From NCBI RefSeq assembly GCF_009914755.1, contig NC_060933.1: 64,000 bases of DNA; one strand, written 5' to 3'. Below are positions 45,173 through 61,365 of the stretch, piece after piece. The notes below the pieces were generated by a model. That model saw nothing but the letters and a program-made list of their open reading frames with translations, did no database searches and was not told the DNA's origin. Made by a program: the position numbers and the translations under genes. The DNA comes from the human T2T-CHM13v2.0 reference genome, Homo sapiens. Position 1 is the stretch's first letter. Each line of letters begins with the position of its first letter.

Positions 45173-45769
45173 TTATTGAACCTCAGAGTAGGTAACAATT
45201 TTTTAAAGGAAATCTCAAAGTGGGGAGGTGAGATGGAGGAGGGCCCTGGGGGAACACAGGCTGCCATGCAGAGAGGGGCCTCTATATGAAGCTTGCTCAC
45301 CTGTCTTTGTTGTTAACCACTGTATTAAGTCTTGAGCTTCTAGTTAGGCTCTTTCCCCACTTCCTTCTGTAGAAGATGAAAGTTTCTTCGCCTGCAATTA
45401 AAGAAGCCCTCTAGCTTCCATTTCTGCCTTTCCATTACTTGTTACTAGCTTTTGCTATTCACTATCTTTCTGTAGGGACATCAGTGGTGTTTAGCAATGG
45501 CCATCCGGTGCTGTTACCTTCATAGCTACTATCCCAACTCCCAACCCCCAAGTTCAAGTGCCTGATACATTCACTGACTGCCAGCCCACTCCAGCCACAG
45601 GTACACTAGCCAGTTCACCATGGTGGGAAGCCACTGTGTGCACAGGCTTTCCTGTATTCCACCTGCCATGAGGCTGGGGTCCTCCTTGCCAGCTGAGAGG
45701 CGAGTAACCCAGCTCCCAAGCTCCATCTAGTCACCAGCTTTCTTGGACTATTCCCAGCAACAACTGCTG

Positions 45770-46110
45770 CGGATAAGGTTCTTGGAAAGAAAACACTCAG
45801 ATGGGATGTTTATTACGGATCAACACCTGTGAAGGGATTGGGTGGAGGAAGAAGCCAACTGCCATGAGGACTTGACAAAGCCTCCACCAGGCCATAGGGA
45901 GACCTGGAGCAAGCTCTGCCTGGCAGAGCTGTCCTACACCTGGCAGAAGTGGCTGGGCCTTCATACTCGACCCGCCAGCCCCCACCACTCAGTCAGCAGG
46001 TATGGCTCCCCCAGGAAGCACAAGAGTTCAGGCAGGACTTCTGTCTGCAACTGGGCCACAAGTCCTTCCATGAAGAGGGGCCTGAATGGTGGTCTCCATG
46101 TCTATCACCA
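45770..46110 (-). mobile_element. Old ERVL LTR (LTR16-like)
   Basis: gatcaacacctgtgaaggga...gacaaagcctc. Confidence 0.5.
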
Positions 46111-47338
46111 CCTCTGACAGCAGTTTGAAGACTGTGTGAATAGTAACAATGGCGAACATCTATTGAGCATTTGCTGTGCTGGGCAAGGCTAAATGCTGTT
46201 CAAACTCCAAGGCAGGGGCCATTACTACCGCCATATTTGTGGCTCCAGATGAAGAAGCTAAGTAATGCACACGAAGAGAGTGTAAATGACTCACAGAGTG
46301 TGTGATGAATTTCCATTTCAGAGAATTTTTTAATTATTGGAATAAAACTTTTTTGGAATAATTTTCCATTTTCAGAAAAAGTTGCAAAGATAATGTAGAG
46401 TTCCTGTGTACCTCTCACCCAATTTCCCCTCATGTTAACAGTACACAACCATGGTCCATTCATCACACTAGAACATGACTGTTAGCTAGACTGCAGACTT
46501 TATTTGGGTTTCCACTCATGTCCTTTTACTGTTCTAAAATCAAACCCAAGATGTTACCTTTTATTTAGTATCCCAGAGACGTGGACTCTCAGGTGTAAAC
46601 TTTTGACCTGTCTTCATTACCACCTGCTGTTCCCACATAAACCATTCAGGTGCCTGCTCGCTGCCTCAGGTGTTCGTGGGCAGCCCCAGAATGTGCCCTG
46701 CTGGCTGACTAGGTCACTGTTTAATCTGTGAATGTTTCCTTTATGCTGGCATGTGGGAAAAACTCCCACCAGGCCCAACTCAGCAACGTGCTGGTGTTTA
46801 CTTGGCCCAGCAGGCATTTCCTGGGCCTCTGCTGTGTGCATGGAGACAGGTGCTGTATGAAAGTACCTATGGCTGCTTCAGGTCGACCCTCCTCTCCAGG
46901 AGCTGCTAGCCAGCATGCAGCTTCTCTCACCTGCCCATCACCTGTGCTCACTGGCAAGCAGGTTTGGCTTGAGTCAAAGAGGAATTAAGAAAGTGAATCC
47001 CTGCTCTCGCCCCCACATCACTGAGCTACCTTGCAGAACTCAAATATGCCCGTTGCGTCTGCTCTGGGTCCTAAGCCCCTGGGGCTCTCTGTGCCTCAGT
47101 TGCCTCATCTGCAACATCTACTTTATAGAGTTCTGGTGAAGATGAAGGTAATGAATAGGTGCAAAAACATTTAGAACAGTACAATACGCGGCATGGATAA
47201 GCTCTCAGTAATTAATAGTTATTATTACCTAGCTCAGATGGATGTTTAGAGAGAATCAAATGAGATTATTATCGTAAAGGTACATTGTAAATGGCAAGCC
47301 TTGCTAAAAAAATGTTAGCACAAACTTTTTTAAAACCA

Positions 47339-47711
47339 CAGTCATGTGTGGCTTAACAATGGGAATACATTCTGTGAAATGCATCATTAGGCAATGTTGA
47401 ACACCATAGAAGGTACTTAGACAAACCTAGATGGTATAGCTTACTACACACCTATGCTAAACGGTATAGCCTGTGGTCCCTGGGCTGCAGACCTGTACAG
47501 CATGTTATTGTACTATAGGTAACTGTAATACAATGGCATTTGTATATCTAAACATAGTTAAACAAAGAAAACATCATGCATTGCACTACAATATTATGAC
47601 AGCTATGACATCACTAGGTGATAGGAATTTCTCAACTCCGTTATAATCTTATGGGACCATTGTATACATTGTCTGTCATTAATCGAAACATCATTATGTG
47701 GCACATGACTG
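47339..47711. mobile_element. Tigger3 (Golem/MER7)-like DNA transposon
   Basis: Terminal inverted repeats CAGTCATGTG ... CACATGACTG|TA. Confidence 0.88.
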
Positions 47712-48939
47712 TACTTTATAGTGTTAGGAGACACAAGTAGTCCATAGAAAATTATTATCTGTGTAGGTTTCATTACCATGGCCAAGTACAACTGAAAAAT
47801 GGATGAGCTCATAAAGTCTACAACCCTTTATGGAACCTTTATTAAGTGCTGCCCATCATTTTAGGCATGTGTACTCGTATTTTCTCATTTACTAATCACA
47901 AGCAAACTGTGGGGTGGCTATTTTTAACCACACTTAATGGCTGTCTAAACTAAGGTTCTAATATATTCCATTCCTCAAGAGGCAGGAATCAGCCTCAATC
48001 AGTCAATGTATCTTGAAAGCCTCCCACGTGCAGACATTTCCAGGTGCTGAGGAGTAAACACAATAGACTCTGCCCTAAATGAACCTGCATTCTGGTGGGA
48101 GACACACTGAACATGGGAATGAGTGTGCCAGTCATTTGCCCGTCTGTTCTCAGATCTTTCCCTAGCCTTCCCTTTTTCTGGTTGGTATCACAGAGGTGGC
48201 CTCCCTTGCACACTAGGCTCCCTTGCCAACTGACTTTAAGTTTGTCCAATGGATGTACTAGAAAGAGTAAAAGGAAGGGAGAAGTCAGAGTATTCCCCCC
48301 TCCTCCCACCCTCCATCTGCCCACCACCTTTCTTTGCTTTAGGTGATGTCTGAGGCAGGGGCTGCATCTCCTCCCTTGCTCTAGCTTCTGCTGGACAGCT
48401 CCACCTCATGGTCCAGCTTCCTTCATCAGACCCAGTGATTCCAGCTTTCCTGGATAGTGTCATTTCCTTGCCTCCTCTTTTGTTCCTCCAATTCTCAGGG
48501 TAGGATGCTTTCCTTCAGTTGGAGTGCACATTTTCAGTTTGCTCTTCTAGCACCTTGCTACTAATTGCCTATATTAAGTCCTTCCTGTTGAATTACCTGA
48601 AGTGGGCTTTATTTTCCTGCTAGACCCAGAATGAGACCACAAATGAATAAGAGAATCTCAGACAATGACAAGTGCTTTGAAGATCACAAAATGGGGTGGG
48701 TGGGGAGCATCTTTAGTTAGGATGACCAGGAAAGAGGGGTCTTCTCTGAAAAGTGACTTTTGAGTTAAAATCTGGAGGATGAGAAGGTGGCAGCCCTGTG
48801 ACAATCTGTAGAAAGAGTGTTGGAAATAGGAAGAGCAGTGAACACAGGGGCACTGAGCTAGGGATAAACTTGGTGTGTTCAAGAGGCAGAAATGAAAAGG
48901 AGGTGAGATTATCCCTAAGTAACTCTAATACCAGAGTGA

Positions 48940-49336
<397 letters not shown>

Positions 49337-50032
49337 AGAGGGACTGTTACTTCTAACAAGGGGTGATGGGGAGAGGCTTGGGCTCCAGCACAGCAGGAAC
49401 AGGTAGGAAACTTCCTGAAATGCTGATAAGCCTTAAAAAAGAGTTTGAGTGAAATAGGTGCACATGAGAGTTAAGACAGAAGCCCCACAGTTAGCAAAGA
49501 AGTGGAGGCAAGACTGTGGGATGTGTGCTCACAGAGGGAGGATGGGCTTGTCTGAAGGGGAAGGTGTGAGTCAGCAGGACAGAGGCAGGTCTTTCCTGAT
49601 TCAGGGGAGCCAGGAGCACTGGCCTGACTTACTGGGCAAGTTTCTTTTGATGACAGTGCCTCAGCTTTTCCCTTCACTAATCAGGAAGAAAAACACCCAC
49701 TGTTGGCTCTCCAGCATACTGTCTCCTTTTGTTGACAGCACAACAAAAATCAGCTGAGCACCTGCAGCTGGGCTAGAGGTGCTGGTGCCCATCCGGGTCT
49801 TCCCAGGACATGACTACCATTGTCAAGGCAGGGATATCAATATGGAGGGCACTCTCAAATAACTGGAGCCGTCATCTGAACAGCTGATGTCTTGAGCTCC
49901 CAAGGGCCCGCAGAAGTTGTAGAAAAGTAGCTCCTTCTGTTTTGGACTTTTTCACTGCATGTGCTTCTTCCAAGGACCTAGACGTATTTGTTTCCCAGAG
50001 GACCACAAAGTGGGCGACTTAAACAATAGAGC

Positions 50033-51750
50033 ATTTTTTAAACTTCTGTTTTACATTCAGGGGTACATGTGCAGGTTTACTATGTAAGTAAAATCGTGTC
50101 ACGAGGATTTGTTGTACAGATTATTTCATCACCCGGGTAGCAAGCCTCGTACCCGGTAGTTATTTTTCCTGCTCCTCTCCCTCCTTCCACCCTCCACCCT
50201 CAAGCAGACCCCAGTGTCTGTTGTTCCCTTCTTTGCGTTCACAAGTTTTCATCATTTAGCTCTCACCTACTTATAAGCGAGAACATACAGTATTTGATCT
50301 TCTGTTCCTGCGTTAGTTTGCTTAGGATAATGGCCTCCAGCTCCACCCATGTTCCCGTAAAAGATGTGATCTCTTTCTTTTTTATGGCTGCATAATATTT
50401 CATGGTCTATGTGTATCACATTTTCTTTATCCAGTCTATCATTGATGGGCATTTAGGTTGATTGCATGTCTTTGCTACTGTGAATAGTGCTGCAATAAAC
50501 ATACATGTGCATGTGTCTCTATGGTAGAACAATTTATATTCCTTTGGGTATATGCCCCGTAGTGGGGTTGCTGGATCAGATCAAATGGTAGTTCTATTTT
50601 TAGTTCTTTGAGGAATTGCCACACTGCTTCCCACAATGGTTGAACTAATTTACACTCTCACCAAAAGTGTATAAGTGTTCCTTTTTCTCCGCAACCTTGC
50701 CAGCATCTGTTATTTTTTGACTTTTTAATAATAGCCATTCTGACTGGTATGATATTGTATCTTATTGTGGTTTTGATTTGCATTTCTCTAATAATCAGTG
50801 ATGGTGAGCTTTTTTTCATATGCTTGTTTACTGCATGTATGTCTTCTCTTGAGAAGTGTCTGTTCATGTCCTTTGCCCACTTTTTAACGGGGCTGTTTGT
50901 TTTGTAAATTTGTTTAAGCTCCTTATAGATGCTGGATATTAGACCTTTGTCAGATGCATAGTTTGCAAACATTTTCTCCCATTCTGTAGGTGGTCTGTTT
51001 ACTCTTAATAGTTTCTTTTGCTATGAAGAAGCTCTTAAGTTTGATTAGATCCCATTTGTCAATTTTTGCTTTTGTTGGGATTGCCTTTGGTGTCTTCATT
51101 ACGAAATCTTTGCTTGTTTTTATGTCCAGGATGGTCTTGCCTAGGTTGTCTTCCAGGGTTTTTACAGTTTTCAGTTTTGCATTTAAGTCTTTCATCCATC
51201 TTGAGCTGTTTTTTGTATATGGTGTAAGGAAGGGGTCCAGTTTAAATTTTCTGCATATGGCTAGCCAGTTATCCCACCACCATTGATTGAATAGGAAATC
51301 CTTTCTCCATCGTTTGTCTTTTTCAGATTTGTCAAAGTTCATATAGTTGTAAGTGTGCAGTCTCATTTCTGGGTTCTGTATTCTGTTCCATTTTTATATG
51401 TGTCTGGTTTGTGCCAGTGCCATGTTGTTTTGGTTATTGTAGCCCTGTAGTATAGTTTGAAGTCAGGTAATGTGATGCCTCCAGCTTTGTTCCTTTTGTT
51501 TAGTATAACCTTGGCTATTCAGGCTCTTTTTTGGTTCCATATAAATTTTAAAATATGTGAAGAATATCATTGGTAATCTGACAGGAATAGCATTGAATCT
51601 GTAAATAGCTTTGGGCAGTAAGGCCATTTTAATGATATTGATTTCTTCCTATCTGTGAGCACGGAATGTTTTTCCATTTTTTTGTGTCATCTCTGATTTC
51701 TTTGAGCAGTATTTTGTAATTCTCATTGTAGAGATTTTTCACCTTCCCAG
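50033..51750 (-). mobile_element. 5'-truncated L1PA (PA13-16-like) with frameshifted ORF2 C-terminal remnants
   Basis: L1PA 3'UTR; translated pieces [39 protein letters not shown]. Confidence 0.93.
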
Positions 51751-52859
51751 GAAGCTCCTGAGTCTCTCTGGTAAATAGATCCTAGAAGGGTCAAATTAGA
51801 GAAACCTCCCTTTCCCTCCAAGTCTGAATCCTAGATTAAGCATTCTTCAGCCTCATGCTGGAGTCCCACCACCCAAGTTTTCCAGGAGAGGTGGTAGACT
51901 TCTTTCTCTACTCCAAAGCATTTTCTTAACTTCTGTCTGTGGTCAGCAGATAGATAGTTTGCCACCAACAAGGCTGGAAAACAGAATCTTAGGGCTGCAA
52001 GGCCCTTAGATGTCATTTAGTCCAACTTTGCCTTTCAGAAATGGGAAACAGAGGTCCCAAACTGGAGAGTGACTTCCACTCTTAGGATGGCATTGGGAAA
52101 ATGCAACCTCACTGGTGGTTGCCACCCTTGGGTTGGTAGTGGTGCCGCCCTTGGGTTGAAATAATTGTATCAGGTAAACTCAGGTGCTGCCTACCACGAC
52201 TGGTGAATAACTCACCCAAACTCCAAGAAAAGGGAATGTGTTTTCCTGACTGCTGTATCCTTGAGACACCAAGCAAGGAGTCAGTACATTCAGTGAATGA
52301 TCCTTTGGTCAGAGTGGAACCATGCATGGAGTAGGCACCCAACAAATGTGTTAAATGAATGAGCAGCTCCTTTTCCTTCCCAGAGAAACCAATGGAATGA
52401 GCCACTTGTCAAAGTCAAAGAGAGTCCAAAGTTGGTGAAGAAAGGCTGGATGAGACTGCCTTTTTGGATGTAGAGACCCAAGCTCCCCAGTGGGGGACTG
52501 CTTGGACAAAAGAGGAGCTTATTGACTTATGTGTTCAATGGGGAGAGCGGAAGACTCAGGACCGCCAGGCTGGGAACCTGAGTGCCTCCAGAGGTCCTTC
52601 CTCTTCTCACTGTTGTTTCCAATGCCTCAACCTGGATTTCTCCCCAAAGGAAGCTCCTGGCTACTGGTAACTCCCCAGCTAACATTATCCCAGCTTCCTG
52701 TTGAGAACAAGCGTTCTCCCTGTAGCTTCTCAATTTGTTGCCCACGAGAACCTGCCTGTAACCCAGCCTACCAGGCAATGTTCTAAAATCTGGATTATTA
52801 ATATATTCACTCATTTAACCCCCAGGAGAAGGATTTAAGGTGTGTATTTTCATTACCAT

Positions 52860-53490
52860 CATGATAGTTAATCCTATGTGTCAACTTGGCTGAGCCATGG
52901 TGCCCAGATATTTGGTCAAACACTATTCTGGACGTTTCTGTGAAGGTGCTTTTTGGATGAGAATAACATTTTAAAAGACGTACTTTGAGTAAAGCAGGCC
53001 AAGTGTGGTGGCTCATGCCTGCAATCACAGCACTTTGTGAGAGGCTGAGGTGGGAGGATTGTTTGAGCCCAGGACCTCAAGACCAGCCTGGGCAGTACAG
53101 TGAGTCCTTGACTCTACAAAATTTTTTTAAAATTTGCTGGGCATGGTGATGCTGGCCTGTAGTCCCAGCTACTCGGGAGGCTGAGGCAGGAGGATCACTT
53201 GAGCCCAGGAGTTTCAAGACTACAGTGAGCTGTACTCGTGCCACTGCACTCCAGCCTAGACAACGAAGTGAGACTCTAGCTCAAAAAATAAAATTAAGGA
53301 AGGAAAAATAAATAAAATATTGAGTAAAGCACATGACTGTCCATAATATGGGTGGGCCTCATCCAACCAGTTGAAGGCCTGAACAGAACAAAGATTGACC
53401 TTCCCTGAGCAAGAAGGAATACTGTGGCAGACAGCTTTCAGACTCACACTGCAACTCTTCCCTGGGTCTCCAGCCTCCACCTCCATTTTA
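52860..53490 (+). mobile_element. MLT2-like LTR interrupted by an AluJ (52997-53319)
   Basis: tgtgtcaacttggctgagccatggtgcccagatatttggtcaaac; Alu TSD TTGAGTAAAGCA. Confidence 0.82.
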
Positions 53491-53607
53491 CATAGGATGA
53501 AACTGAGGCACAGTTGTTCAAGTTCATATAATAGCTAATGAACATCAAACTGTCATTTGAATCCAGATGGTGTGACTCCAGAATCTTTCCTTAAGGGCCA
53601 AGTTATT

Positions 53608-54347
<740 letters not shown>

Positions 54348-55344
54348 TTATTAACATTTTTCTGAGACTGGTTCTTTTGCACATTAGTATCTAGGCCCGT
54401 GCCTGGAACAGAGAGACCATCATTATGTATTTGTTAAATAAATAAGAAATGGAACCAGAAGGAATATCAATTTCTAAATCAGGTCTTTGGGCAGTGCTCT
54501 GCATGTTCCTTGATGTCGATGGATGTTCAAGAGTTTCTCTTGGAAGAGCATGGAAGAGGAAGGAAGTGTGTTTAGGGAAAGATTTTCTGGGATTCTCAGC
54601 CCTAGCACGGCTGCCTGGGGACCTCCTGCCATCACTGGAGAGGGGCTCTTACTTCTGTTTCAGGACAGAGCCTGGCCCCTCAAGGGCATCTGGAAAACTG
54701 TGCAAGGCAGTGCTCTTGGCCAAGGTATCAATATTCTTGGGAGGGGAGCATTGGCCTCAGCAGAGCAAAGGCTCCCTTGGAAGGCTCCCTACCCCTGGGG
54801 AGAGGTAGTATACGGTGAGTGTCACGCAGTGACTGTGACTGAGGCTGTATGTTGCATGTGAGAGGAACTCCTTTGGAGACTTCCAGAAATCCTTGGGATG
54901 GAGGTGATGGCAAACAGAGGTAGCCAGTGGAACTCTGAGTCATCATTGTTTCGAATGCATAGGATGGTGGCCAGCAGCACTAGCCAGGAGGAATCTGGGG
55001 AAGATGGAGATTGCCCTAAGGGTTGGGTCTGCTCATTCCAAGCAGCCTCAAGTCACTGGAAGGAGAATCCAACCTCAGAGGAAGGGGCAGCAATTGGACC
55101 TTGGAGGGCTATTAAAAGGTCCTGGCTCAGAACCAGGATCTCTACTAAGGAGGTGAAAAGTTCAGCAGAGAAAACAAGGTATGGGTCCAGCTCAACATGA
55201 GGGCAGGGAAAGGAGAAGAAAGGCCATGACCTAGAATCTACAAGGAATCCTAGAATTCCAGCACCCCAGGGACTGGATCTACTTAGGAGCAGCAGAATTC
55301 TGTCTAAACCCCCAATTGGGAGCAGTTATATACATTACATTATT

Positions 55345-55483
55345 TATTTATTTTTGAAATAATTTGTAGAGACAAGGTCTTGCTATGTTGTTCAGGCTGG
55401 TCTTGATCTCCTGAGCTCAAGCGATCCTCTCGCCTCAGCCTCCCAAAGTGCTGGGATTATAGGCATTAGCCGCTACACCTGGC
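55345..55483 (-). mobile_element. FLAM/AluJ monomer
   Basis: gtagagacaaggtcttgctatgttg...ctcaagcgatcctc. Confidence 0.82.
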
Positions 55484-55513
55484 TATAAATTACATTTAAA
55501 AAAGGACCCAGTA

Positions 55514-55810
55514 GGCTGGGTGCAGTGGCTCACACCTGTAATCCCAGCACTTTGGGAGGCCGAGGTGGGAAGATCACCTGAGGTCAGGAGTTTGAGACCA
55601 GCCTGGCCAACATGGTGAAACCCTATCTCTACCAGAAACACAAATATTAGCTGGTTGTGGTGGCGGAGCCTGTAGTCCCAGCTACCCGAGAGGCTGAGGC
55701 AGGAGAATGCTTGAACCCGGGAGGTGGAGGTTGCAGTGAGCCGAGATCGCATCACAGCACTCCAGCCTTGGCAACAGAGTGAGATTCTGTCTCAAAAAAA
55801 AAAAAAAAAA
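55514..55810 (+). mobile_element. AluSx-like
   Basis: Full body and A tail; followed by MER91-like sequence. Confidence 0.9.
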
Positions 55811-58174
55811 GTTGGGGAGACCCAGTGCAAAATGAAAGTGCAAGGCCATTTGTTCCAAAATTATGAATTTCAGGACAGCGACAGTAGAGTCCATCCAGCC
55901 CAGGACCCTGTGCAACTGTCCCTGCTCCACCAACTGGGGGAACCAAGATTGCCTTCCTTCCTGTGTTTTCTGTGGGGAGGGGTTAAGCCTAAGACGATAG
56001 ATATGGGTATTCACAGAGATCTGGGTTTGAGTATCAGCTCCAGCACTTTGTGTCTGGGTGAACTCAGAGCCTCTTGCTCCAGGTTTGTTTCCTCATCAGA
56101 ATAATGGAGTTAATAAAAGTCCCTACCTGTAAGGCACATTTATTTGCTTCCATTTCATCCAAGGGCAATTCCTGACTTGTATTTGAGGATCCACTCACTC
56201 TTCCCCTTCTCTTGGTGTTTAATGTAGGAATAGGAGGGAGGCACATAACCGTCGGCTAAGCCAACCATTGTGGACCTGGGCATGATTCCGTGACTCAAGC
56301 CCATTCAATCTGGGTGAATCTCAGGACACCGGTGAATGGTCTCAGACTTCCTGCCCTCTGGAACAGCCTGAGTATAAGGCTGGAGTTGCTGCAGTCTTGA
56401 GTATATGCTCAGAACTTGGGAAGTCAGCAGTTAGCTGCAGAAAAACTGAGTTTTAATGGTGTCATTCACATCCTGAATCTAGCTGTGCCTGAAGGTAATG
56501 CTCCGCCTGGGCTATTTTGTCTAAAACAGTTAAATTAAATTAAACAATCGTACCTGATTCACCTCCTCCCGGACTGCTGTGAGGATGAGGTGAGAAATTC
56601 CACGTAGCCGGTGCCTGCGCACAAGTGCCCAACAAAAGGCGGCTATTATTCACTTAATGACAAGTAACCATGATCGCTGCTGTTGCCGTTGTTGTTGTTG
56701 TGGCTGTGTCTGGGTATAGCCTGGTTTGCAGTTGTGGCCCAGGCCGACTTCCAGCTGCAGAGATCTGGAGCGGCCCAAGGAAGGGGCTCCCCAGGGCTGG
56801 GTTTGTTTGGAAGCTGCGTCTCGGTGTGGGCTCCCAGTGGCAACCCTGCATGGATAATGCTGTAATTGCAGCCTTCCCAGCTGTCGGCCATGGAGACAGC
56901 CCAGAAAATGAGGTTGGCTCAGTAAATATTGAACCAAATTATGCAAATGAGCTCAAACAAGAGACTCAGCTGCAGAGATGCAGAGACACGGTCTGATTGG
57001 TGGGCCCTGGCCCCGCTTGCAGAAGACCCCTCCCCTTCCCCGTGACTGCTCTGTCAGCCTAAGGCAGCCACCTGGGCCTGCCAGAGAAGCTGGGTCAGCC
57101 CCAGGGCTGGCACAGGTGGCCCTGGGGTCACCCTTGCCTGCTACTGATCTCTATCAGTGATGAGAGGTTGAACAGCTTTGGGGAGTGGTATTCAGTTCCT
57201 GCTACATCCTCGTCTCACTCCAAAGGGGCCTGCCTTGGCAAACAAGTCTTTGAGGTCACCGACCTGGCCATGGTGATGATTTCTCTCTGATCACTATGCC
57301 GCTGCTGCTGAAGGGTTGGTACTCTTCAGGGACAGAGACATTGGGATGATGGGATGATTTATTTTCTCTGGGAGAACAGCATTTTAGTGGCTCTTCCCTA
57401 TGGGCAAGTCAAGGCCCTAAAACCCCCTGCAGTGATCGGGTCTACTTCAGGGGAACTCAAGGTTCCAGAAGCAGGTTAGGAAGCAGGCAGGGTGTGGGAA
57501 AGTAAAACTCTGAAGCTCTTTTGTGCTAATGGAAGAATGTCCCTGTGGACTTCTTGGAGAAAAAATGTATCTGGGCATATCTGATGAATGAGTGGATGTG
57601 TCCGTGGACCTCATTTACAAGGTATTTGGCTGAAGGAGCAGGGCAAGTTGCAGGTAGAGCCTGGAAGAAGCGGGGAAGGGGAGGGTTGGCTTGGGTGGAG
57701 GCCACAGCACAGATCCCAGTCCTTCCCTAGGGACTGCACCCCGCAGGCAGGAGCTGAAGATGCTGTACAGGAACACAAGCAGCAGCACTCCTTTGAGGCC
57801 CAGATGCCTGAGAATGATACAAAGTGGGGAGCCTTCCCTACCCCTGCATGGACAATGGTGAGTTCAAAGAGATGAAGATGGCAGGGACAGAGTGCTGCTT
57901 TGGAAACTCAAGCATCAGATGCTCTGTGTGTCCTGCAAGATGGTCCCGTGGGTTGGATGTGGGTGCTCTCAGGGGATACCGACAGCAGTGGCAAAGCATG
58001 GCCAATGGCCACATGGGCATCAGACACCACCTAAGGAACTTAGGTGGGAGAACGTGGGAGAGGGATCTGTGAGTCCTCATGAGTCAGCCCCGGGGCCGTC
58101 TGTGCAGAATCAACAGTGAGACTTGGAGGTGGGTGGAAAAGGCCCAGCTCCCAGGGCAGCAAGTAAGGCATTAC

Positions 58175-58663
58175 ATTCCTTTCTCATTTCTGCTGCAATA
58201 AATGACCACCAGCTCTGTGACCTAAACCAATGCAAATATGTTATCTTACAGTTCCGGAGGTCAGAAGTCTCACATGGTTCTCCCTGGGCTAAAATCAAGG
58301 TGCCAGCAGGGCTGTGTTTCCTTCTGGAGACATTAGGGGAGAATTTGTTTCCTTGCCTTCTCCAGCTTCTAGAGATCACCCATGTTCCTTGGCTTGTGGC
58401 TGCAGCACTCAGGTCTCTGTTTCCTTCATCACATCTCCTTCTTCAACTCTGACACTCCTGTCTCTCTCTTACAAGGACCCTTGTGATGGATTACAATGGG
58501 CCTACCTAGATAATCCAGAACAATCTCATTTTAAGGTCCGCTGATTAGCAACCTTAATTCCATCTGCCACCTTAATTTCCAATTGCCATGGATTCTAACA
58601 GATTCACAGGTTCCAGGTACTAAGACATGAACATCTTTGGGAGGCCATGATTCTGCCTCTCAC
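58175..58663 (-). mobile_element. MLT1C/D-like MaLR solo LTR
   Basis: ttatcttacagttccggaggtcagaagtc...gctaaaatcaaggtgccagcagggctg...gaacatctttgggaggcc. Confidence 0.85.
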
Positions 58664-59087
58664 AGGCATAGACTGAGAAATTGAGTTAATACTGTTCAAT
58701 GTAACCCCAAGACTGACTACAGGTTGGCAAGGCTTGGAGAAACTAGGTTGTGCTTAGAAATATTTTTATTTCCATGAAAATAAGATAATAAAGATGGCAT
58801 ATTGAGCGAAGCAAGTGCTGGTGACTGTTATATATGTAAAATTAGAAATTATGGGTACCATGTTATTTTCTATGTACCATGTCTTGTTCAATGTAAACTT
58901 TAGAAATGTTTTCTTCCCCACGGTGTCCGTAAGAAACTTATGAATTTGTTTTGCTATGCTGCAGACAAGCTAAAAGGAAGCTTTTTGTTTGTTTTCTTGT
59001 TTTTTTCTTATTTTAGTCCGATCTTTATCCCAATAATCAAAACTTTTCTGGTTTTACAATTGAGTCTTCCTAAGCATTTCTACTTTC

Positions 59088-59451
<364 letters not shown>

Positions 59452-60046
59452 TAGACTGTCAATCTAGGGGAGCCAGAATTAACCATAAGAAAAACTTGCA
59501 ATTGGGAAGAGAAACAGATGAGTTCATCCAACAACGAAAATGCTATTCTTGCTGCTAATCAGTTGTGAGGTAGCTGGTGGCACTGAGGAGATCCTGTATT
59601 CTTTCTGTTCGACCTAAAATACCCTCGGCCTAGTTTGATCTCCATCAGGGAGCCCTCTCCTTCCCTCCCCATCCCCTGCTCCAAGCCACAAGCCAACCTT
59701 GTTATCAGTTTAACCCTCGGTAAGGGTCTAGTCCTACCTCTTTACCTCTCTAGGCTTATCTCTCCCCACGCCCCCTCAGGCCACCTGGTAGGTCTAACCA
59801 CAAGGGACCAGTCATCCTTTGGAAAACCCCAGGTACTCTCACACCTGCAGTTCTTTACTCCTGCTGTTCTTGGCTGCCTCCACCTTATTTGTCTCACTTG
59901 TCATCCTTCAAGCTCAGCTAATATGTCAACCATTCTGTGCAAAGCAGTGCCCCAAACTCAAAGATCTGAAATTGTAGGCCTCCTACTGCCAGAGGCAAGG
60001 GAAGAGAACTGGATCTAATAAGTTTTTAAAATACACGGTAAAATAA

Positions 60047-60337
<291 letters not shown>

Positions 60338-60740
60338 AGTACACAGTAAAATACCTTAAAAATTCATAATAGGTAGCTTTTACTGCTCACTTTCAACCTA
60401 GCCCTTGTTGAGTGCGCTGTGCTCATGGTCTCATTTTTCTCACTGGATGTTGTGATCTCACAGGGACTTTATGAGTCAAATCTCATCATCAGCTCCACTC
60501 TGTAGCCAGCCATACTTTAGAGATTCAGAACATGCCCAAAATTATAAAGCTGGCAAGTACCAAAGCCAGGCCTTGAAGCCAGCCTACTGATCTTCAAGCC
60601 CATGACTTTAACCTCTGTATAATCTTCATCGGATGATGAAGGCATGAAAGCCCAGGTGATCTTTCTCAATTGAGCACTGGAAGATTCTTAATGAGGGACA
60701 TCAGGAAATGCTTCCTGGCAGAGGTGGCAAAAGAGATGCA

Positions 60741-61365
<625 letters not shown>

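Noticed and set aside
50267-51366. ORFs similar to the L1 ORF2p C-terminus
   Set aside because: Frameshifted remnants of a 5'-truncated old L1PA; not an active element or a host gene
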